From contig NW_002060965.1 in NCBI RefSeq assembly GCF_000150275.1, forward strand, positions 682,001-746,000: a DNA stretch of 64,000 nt. Direction: 5' to 3'. The DNA is from Trichoplax adhaerens (lineage: Eukaryota > Animalia > Placozoa). The notes under the pieces are model-generated. The model searched no databases. It was not told the DNA's origin and saw only the letters and a list, made by a program, of their open reading frames with translations. The position numbers were made by a program, and so were the translations under genes. Below, piece after piece: positions 38,751 through 64,000 of the stretch (positions are counted from its first letter, which is position 1; each line of letters starts with the position of its first letter).

Positions 38751-39371
38751 ATGGTAGCAATAAATATTTATATGCATTATCTTATGTAATTGTAACAATA
38801 AATGTCCAGATATTTCTAATCAAGATAACATTTAATTGTTCTTATTGGAGCACTTTAGCTTTTTGACTTAAATTCCTACCAAGAAAAATTTTTAGCGATT
38901 TCGAATTAGATTAAAGTACATCAATTTTCCATTCCTGAGTCAATGGGTCAAGTGCGTATTTCTGCTAGTTGAAGATAAAATTTATTACCTCTAAAAGATT
39001 ATAATTGCATGATATAGTATAACTGTTGTTAAATTATTAATTTAGAAGTAATGTCTGATGAAAGTAATTATATCAAGTGAGATAAGATATATAACTAAGG
39101 AACCCTCTTGAATTGAAAACTTTACTCAAGAGTTTATACTTCAAAATAAGTTAATGAACATTACGAAGGTACAATCATAAAAAATGAAAGATATGCTTGA
39201 GGATACAACGGTAGCCAATTGCTAGAGTATAAATCTCTAAGATTAAATTCATACTGCATATAAAAATGCTCTTTATTACATTGGCATAACATGAAAGAGA
39301 GTCACTATTGGTATAAAAATTGAGTATACTTTTTTGGCAAAACATAGCTAGCATTGAATATTGCATACTAT

Positions 39372-51742
<12,371 letters not shown>

Positions 51743-54700
51743 TTCTTTCTTTAACGGATGATTCAGCTAATAAATATCAAAATTTGGGAATGAACAATCT
51801 GCTACCTTGTGATCACAGTAACTCGAAATATGCTAGAAAAAAGACGAGATGATAGTGATACTGATATCGTCCTGGTATTATAAATGTTGTTTAATTAAAC
51901 TCTTATAGTATAAATTAATGTTCATGAATGACTGTTAGTCAATGTAGTGGACATCTACCTACGTCAATTTGATCAGTATAATTTATTTTCCTATTTATTA
52001 GTATTGATTTTCAAGTTACTACCGGTTCGTACTCGTATCTAATTCAAATTACCACTAATCCCACTTACGAAACAACTATTAAAACTAAATTACTAAATAG
52101 CTATATAAAATAATTTCTCTATCGCCAAAGGAACCTACTAGTTCTATCGAAAGTGTAACTAGTACTATCACAACATCAACGAAAAATAAGCGACAAAGTC
52201 TGAGTTATTCTTGCACAACTTAACTAATAGTTCTGCTATCATTAGGATAGGAGACTTAAAATAGCCATCAAATGAAACTGAGGTATAAGATTTGTTCGAT
52301 GATTCCAAAGCGATAGTAGCAATAATAAGACGTTAGCATCTTTAGAGGACTGATACTTGTAATATAATCTACGGAGAGAATTTTATTTATTTACAGTTTA
52401 TCTACTTTATCGTTTAACATGGTGATATAAACAGTATAATAAAAAGCTATTATAAAATTTTCTAATAGCATGATATTGGGTGAAACAGTTGCAAGATGTA
52501 GAAACTAGAATAAAGTGGTAAGAAAAAGAGCAAGGTACCCATCATCATATATGCATACGGCATTATTTATATATATTTCTAACGTCCATCAATAGTAATA
52601 TAAGTAATATAACTTATTGAGAAATTAGAAGGACATCACTATCACTCGACAGAGCGTTTACTTCCTTTGTAAATAACTTTTTCGCGTCAGAACAGAACTT
52701 ACAAAATTCTCAATAGCATAATAATAAAAATAGCATGATTTTATCGTCGCTTGAAGGTATATTCTGAATTATAAATATAATGGTGATGATGATTCAATTT
52801 AACAACCGTAAGAGTGTGACAATAATGAATACGGGAAAGGAAATTTTTAAAAGATACTCATGTAATGCGTTCCGATATCTGATAAAGAAGAATAGTCCAT
52901 TTGAGCTGTTCAAGGATGAATTCACAATCATTTCTACTTCACTGTAATCTATTTTGTGGCGGCTATCTTTACAAATTAGCATTATTTGCTTTGAATTCAT
53001 TTGTTGATTAGGGTAATTTTACCTTGGGCGGTTTATAAGTTGAAGAAAAAATTCCAACGCTTTACGATAGATCAACATAGAAAGATTGAATGCTATCCAT
53101 TTCCTAGCTTTAGCTTGATTAATGATAAACACCTTGAACATTAAAAGGTTTGTTTTGTAGTTGATTCGATCAAGGAATTTATTTAAAATAGCTTGAAAAA
53201 GATATTATATATGAGTATAACAGATCACTTTCAATTGATGACCGTTAAGTAAATAAATAACAGCCGTCTATTCTCATCATTCGGTATTTGTTATCTTGAT
53301 CAATCAATTATACATGGAATTAATTATTAAGATTATCATTGATCACTATGAAGGCATTAAAACTGAATGATGATTCGCTTTGAAATTTACAATTTTATTA
53401 TTCAAATTCAATTGATTTCATTTATTCCATTATATCTAAGTATACATTGGAAGGAAATTCTGCACTCCTTTTTATTATGTTATTTATTGTCGTCGTAACG
53501 GAGGTAAAATAATTTCATTGTGGATTTAAAATTTCTTTCCTTATTCATTTCAACGTATTGCTCTCAGATTGAATTCAGAAAATGTAATAAATAGATCAAG
53601 GTATACCAAAATGGGATAATAATTAATTCATTAGTTCAATGTCTATTCCAATATAAAATCGCTTTTATTAATAATGAAAGCAAGAGTATTCAATCATCAC
53701 TGCAATTGTTGAATTAACTCTATCGACTAATTTCATACTTGACGATATTTATAATAGCCATAGTTAATGATAAACAATTAAGATTTATGTACTACCAACC
53801 TGATTAACAGCGTTGCCAGCAAGTATAAAATGATTATTATCAGTAAATTGGAGACATAAAGGAAGTTGCCAACATCGTAGATACAACAAACCCATGGGTG
53901 TTATTTAATTAATAATATTGTAAAGGTAATATACGTACTTTGTTGATTTAACATCGATTAGCGGTATTCGTCAGATAGAAACAATTCAGATTTTTTATCA
54001 TCATATCGATTAAGGATATTCATGAATAATATCATCAACGGATTGGAGTCAAATAAATGCTTTTAATGTCTTAGAATAGAGCGAATCTACTGATACTATC
54101 CAACTAACAATGCAAAATTTCTCGATCTAAAATGTTATTCAATTGCTCTTGTTCAATAAAAGTAATATCATCAAATTTCGACAGAATTTGTGTTAAGATT
54201 GAATTTTACGATGACAGTAATGACTGCAAGAAATTTCATCACAGCATGATATTTAAATGTATTCAACTTCAATATAATAGCAAAACATTCTAACACGCTC
54301 TTTACATTATCTGAACTGATCATTATAGTTTTAACTCAGGATATGCTTAGTAACAACGATGAATCATTAATAAATAAAATAGAGATAATCGCGGATGGAT
54401 ACATATAATTCCTATCTAAGCATATTCTCTTCAACGATGTGCTTACATAATCTTGGGCTATGGCAAATATTAATTTACAGTGGATTTTGATAAGAACTGC
54501 TCATTGTAGCAAACGTAGCGATTAAGTCGACTGAAGTTTGAGTTAGTATAAAATGAAAAGTTCTGCTCTACTGATGTTGATACCACTCGTTTGCTATCAC
54601 CAGCTAAAACATTATATAAATGAACAAAAGTAGAAATTATCACCAAAAAATCGTTACACGTTACAATACAATACAATCGAGATTGGAATCAAAAATATAG

Positions 54701-55865
54701 TAAGACATTATTTATAAGTATCTTTACGTCGTAGTTAATCAGTATATTGGCTAGCTCACGCAATTGAAGGCTGGTATATATAGAAATTAGCATAGTACAT
54801 GCATTAGGAGCTTTTGATAATAGGCAGAATGAAGAAGTCTGCTTCATTATAAAGTAGTACCCACCTCCTTGTGACTGTACTTACTTATATAGGTAATTAC
54901 AAATAGGACTCAATACTTTCGCACCCTATTCCAACAATAAGCAGTTTATTCACAAGATTAATTTATCATCTACAGAACAAGCTAACGATAACCAAATAGA
55001 TGGTGCAAAATGTTATATATAATATATTCTCATGTACATGCATATATACGTATATATGTATGTTGAATCGAACATAAAGACAATACATAACATATAGCTG
55101 TAGCTATACGGGTATCAACTATATAGTTATATACCACGTACTTTTTCTAAGTTAGAATAACAAATTATGCAAGATGTAATACTATAAAATACGATAAATC
55201 AGTATATGGCCACAGTACAGAAACAGAATCGCACTTCAAGCGTACTTTTCGCATGCTAGATCCATAGAGGATATGATAGAGGACACATCAGAAATCACAA
55301 CTGGTGACTTTTCATGTACTTTTAGGTATTACCAATAAAATTTTATAAGAGAACCTCAGTCGATTCAAGATAGAAAATCATCTTAAATTTAATTGATTAT
55401 AACGAAAGGGAATTAATTAATTCATTTTCGTTACGTGTCTAAAATCGTCGAAATCCGCCCGAAAGCAAAAACTTTAGTAATACAAATACTGTATGTCCCC
55501 ATGATACCATGTACTTCACTACTTGTAATAGTGTGAATAAAGTCAAAATATTGGTTTCAGGTACAAGACTATTACTGCTGTGTGAAATATGTTATACAAT
55601 AATGAGTTTCACATTACGGTTACAATACGTCTAAAGACGATTAAGTATATTTTGCATGAATGAAACTGCTCAAGTTTATCGATTACATATAACAAAGATC
55701 GTAAGTTATATAATGGACTACCCCAGTTAGTACGGAAGTAGTTGTAGTTGCAAGAACCGAGACGAACGCTAACGCCTACGATATAGCTGTAGTCATCCAG
55801 TAATAAATATTTCTTTTATTAGAGGACAGATGATACGCAAAGCTATCAGCATCACAAGATTATTC

Positions 55866-60236
<4,371 letters not shown>

Positions 60237-63149
60237 AATATTGACGTTATGTAGTTATCGCAACTTAACCCTCGAATCTTCCAGTACCTAAAAATATAAA
60301 AGAAATGATGCAGTTTAAAAAATTATTAATCTTATCGGTATATAAGAATTTCCAGCGATAGCAACAGTTGATGACTGTGACAGTGCCAGTTACAATATCA
60401 AAGTTGATTTGTTGTTGTAATGTTTTCAGTAATTGCCACACGCTTATACTCATATCTACAAAAAATTTCTGACATTTTTGTACGTTGTTTCTACGAATAA
60501 CAACAGTGGTTAGAAAATATAGTAAAGCTTTTAATTTAGAATTACTGCATTCAACTAGACTACTTGTTACAATTGGCGTAGTAAGTGGTCACTGAGCGAT
60601 TTTGCAAGTATTTTGCAGTATATCGATGATATTAGAGAAAAAATATTATTTTTTCCTGTTAAAGAATAAGAGCTAAAGCGCTGTATAGTAATTCACTGAA
60701 GCACATAGCAGCTAAATCTATATCTTATACGGGATAATCATAAATTAAGGAAATGTAATATTAAATTGATGTAATTTCTTTCGGGCTATTATACACCAAA
60801 ATTTACCCTTACATTTATCCAATATATATTAGTAAATTTAAAAAAACTCAAAATTCAGAAGTTGCACGTCGTTTTCCTAATAATTGAAGATGGCTACTTG
60901 TGTGAAAGTTACGCTCAAAAGTAAGAACGGGAAAAGCTTTTAGGATAACAGGAGTAATAGAGCACTTGGCATTGACATAGCGAGATATTTCACAGTACAT
61001 TACTGTATAACCGATCGAGCTTAAGGTAGCTCCGAAAATTATTTCAGTAATCAATAGCATATATAGTAATAGTTGTAAATCATTCGTTAAATACTTTCTC
61101 TCGCAGCGATTTTTAAGCGTATTAATTAATACGTACACGTAGCACAATGTACTCAGCATACTATATTACTTTACTATATTACGAGTAAAAAAATTTGTTC
61201 CCTACAAACTTTGAAATCAAGTTACTACTGTAGACATGACCGAAACAGAATTATACAAATACCGTAGGTTAAGGATATTTTTCTTGGGCAAACTATAGCA
61301 AATCTGAAGCTTACGGATAACTACGCAACTTGCTTGCGTCGGTATTTCGCTTTTTAATTCATAGCGCGATACTGAACATTAAAGACCCTTAACGTCTGAT
61401 ACTGATACTTGTACAATAGCGTACGCGTATAATCACTGTACCGGAACTATTAGACAGTACTGTACTATACTGTACAGTACACTAATATACTGTATATTAT
61501 ACTGTACAACACAGTACAGTACTATAAGTAAATAATGTCGTTAATTAATTAATCGAATAAATAAACAATTATAATGCAATTCGCAAAGCTAAACGATATT
61601 TGCAGTACTGTACTTGAAGAGAACAAAATAACAATCTGCAATTTTAATTCTTAAAATAATTTAAAATTTTAAATTTGACCAAGGCGATGGCGTTAAGATA
61701 GAATATTATAAGTCACAAGAAATATTTTGCAAAGATACTGAGCCATCGTTACATTAGAAAGCGTTACCCTACCCTGTTCAATCTATTAAAGGATTTGGTA
61801 ATGTTAACAAGTATTTTAGTTGAAATTTACCTGTTGTAATACTGTACAAGCTAACTTACTATAATGAAAATTCAAGAAAAAACTAACTTATAGCTAGATT
61901 AGGTTGGGAGAAGTTAAAAATGGTTCGCCCATTACATAAATCAAAGATTTAAAAAGATTGACATCAACACGATTGCAGAACAATCCGTGTCAGTTCTACC
62001 ATTAAGGGTATCAGAACCAAATGGTGCACATACGTACAGTTATCATGGGTATTTTAGCAATTGAAAATTTATTTGTTAAGGTACCGTAAATAGTTAACAA
62101 CATTTTCATCGTGGATATCCTCGAATACTTTTTACTTTTTAAAGTGGGTAATTATAGGTACATATCGATTAATTAGTATACCGTAATTTTTATACGAGTG
62201 GGCCCTGCGGTAAAATAGAAAATGCAATTCTTTCTGATAATGTATGAAATTATTTTTAGTGATAGCGAATAAAAAAAAGTTCGACGTTGGCAGATGTAGG
62301 GTATATGCGTAATCTTAGAGGTCACTTTTTAATTAAATATTTTAGAGGATTGAGTACTTACTCGTATACGAGTAAAATTGTTTTTGCACTAGATTAGTGA
62401 AGAAAAAACTTGCGAAAGTGCGCATGATGGTATAGATAGTAAAGACTAAAGAGTTGTCATTGTCGGTTATTCGAACTTCTTTGAGTTAGTAGCTGTAATG
62501 GTAAACAGAGTAGACAGTACTTTCACACCTGTAAGCGACAAAGTGTGTACGATGATCGCGGATTTAACTCGAAGAAAGTGTTTGAGCGGATCAGTCCATC
62601 AGATTCAAAGTAAATGTACTCACCGCTGTACTGTACGTAGATCTTTTGCAGTGCAGAACTATACTGTAGATAGATAAAGCTTTATGGCTTTTTTTAAGCT
62701 GGGAGAATAAGTGAGATGATTATATATTTATTATAATCATCCATTCCTTTTGTGGTAGAGTTCTACCGCATAAGGTCTATGTTGAGAAATTGCAGTTATT
62801 ATTAATTACTCCAATTTGACTATAATTTTGTTAGGAAAGAAGGGTCTACTACTGTATCACTAGATAAATTTGAGTATGAATTTAATTTGACTGTTGAGTA
62901 CTAAATCGGTCATTCTTCTTCGTTTATACTGTAAATTATCGTTGTCGACGATGACTCGAAGGTGTACGTTGTTTACGCACCATCCAGCAGTAATTCGTTC
63001 ACTATATTTATCAGTATAAGTTTTTCATGCTACAGTATCTACGTACTTGTTATTACACCGTATGACCGTCAATGCAGTAGTTGAAGTTTAGTCTGGCCTT
63101 GCAATCGTATTCAAGAAAAGCAGACACATCACAAGCAAAATATAAAAGG

Positions 63150-64000
63150 AAAGGCTATACGCGTATGCCCTAAACCTTTACTGTATGATATAGTAATACC
63201 AATACAATTGGAATCGTTCTTAGTAATAATCTTTGCTACTTGTATTTAAGTTCTTGACAGTAATTTTACGTCAACAACTACGTCTATAATAATTCATTAT
63301 TATTATTCTCCACAGTATACCATCCAGTAGTCCATGGGTAGTCAATGTCTTATGATAGATAATCTGTAATCTCTATTCGATGGGTTTGACTTCAGCACAC
63401 GTCGAAGAAAAGAAAAGTTAGTGGAAGATAGAATATCCATTATTCAAAGGCATATTTTGGCCAATATTGCTTTAGTGTTTATTAGCCTAAGTATTCCTTC
63501 CTCAATACAACACCCTTGTCGCGAAAGGAGCACTTTCCAGCGCAGGGTCTTTCAAAACTGACTTTAATAATAATTAGTATGAGCTACTCAACGAGTCAAA
63601 AAAGCACCACAACATTCAACAGTGGAATGACTTGCCTAGAGCGACTGAATATAGTGATGATTTATGAGTTTAGCTACCAAGACATTTCAAATCGCCTACT
63701 AGCGCAAGCTCTATTTGTAAGACAATATTGGTTTATCGATAGAATAATTTCTGAGATGACGAAGCTTAAACTTTCAAATTTTGAATAGCAATTTCTCCAT
63801 AGACACTTGAACAGTCATTGCATCATTCGAACAACATCATGCCAATGGTGCCATACAGTATTGTACGCGCACGTTGAAAATGCTTCACTTCTGTAACATG
63901 ACAGAATGCTTGATTACTAATGCATGGAATGGATTTACAATGATTGTAGTCACCGTAGTTGATAAGCTTTAAAGTCAATCCCCCAAAAGGAAAACTTCCA
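63150..64000 (-). pseudogene. Possible decayed NRF-6/O-acyltransferase-like gene fragment running off the window edge
   Basis: GSFPFGGLTLKLINYGDYNHCKSI resembles the NRF-domain G..P.G.L.......G.YD.C..I pattern; VQYC follows in another frame; CIGI...LGHT lies downstream. Stops and frame changes present. Confidence 0.3.

Overview
AT-rich, gene-dense eukaryotic (animal) genomic DNA with many short spliceosomal introns. The style is consistent with a placozoan such as Trichoplax/Hoilungia, but that is inference. Manual exon stitching gives nine intact genes: XPO7/RANBP17 (+, first exon upstream of the window), MED28 (+), REEP1-4 family (-), THG1L (+), SIL1 (-), an intronless class A GPCR (-), an uncharacterised WD40 protein (+), mitoferrin SLC25A37/28 (+), HECTD2 (-), plus NT5C2 (-) as a tenth. 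Main observation: four minor-spliceosome (U12-type) introns. Three are in XPO7 and one is in HECTD2. Two of the XPO7 introns can only give the conserved protein if they are non-canonical AT-AA introns whose 3' ends lie exactly 10 nt after the branch A, one base before a frameshifting AC or AG. Also seen: CAGTA/TACTG pentamer arrays and perfect 29-31 bp palindromes near gene 5' ends, several tandem repeats, two possible decayed coding relics, and a gene set whose human relatives fall in the chr4/5/8(2)/10 paralogon. Exon boundaries were read by eye and most short ORF-track entries are spurious.
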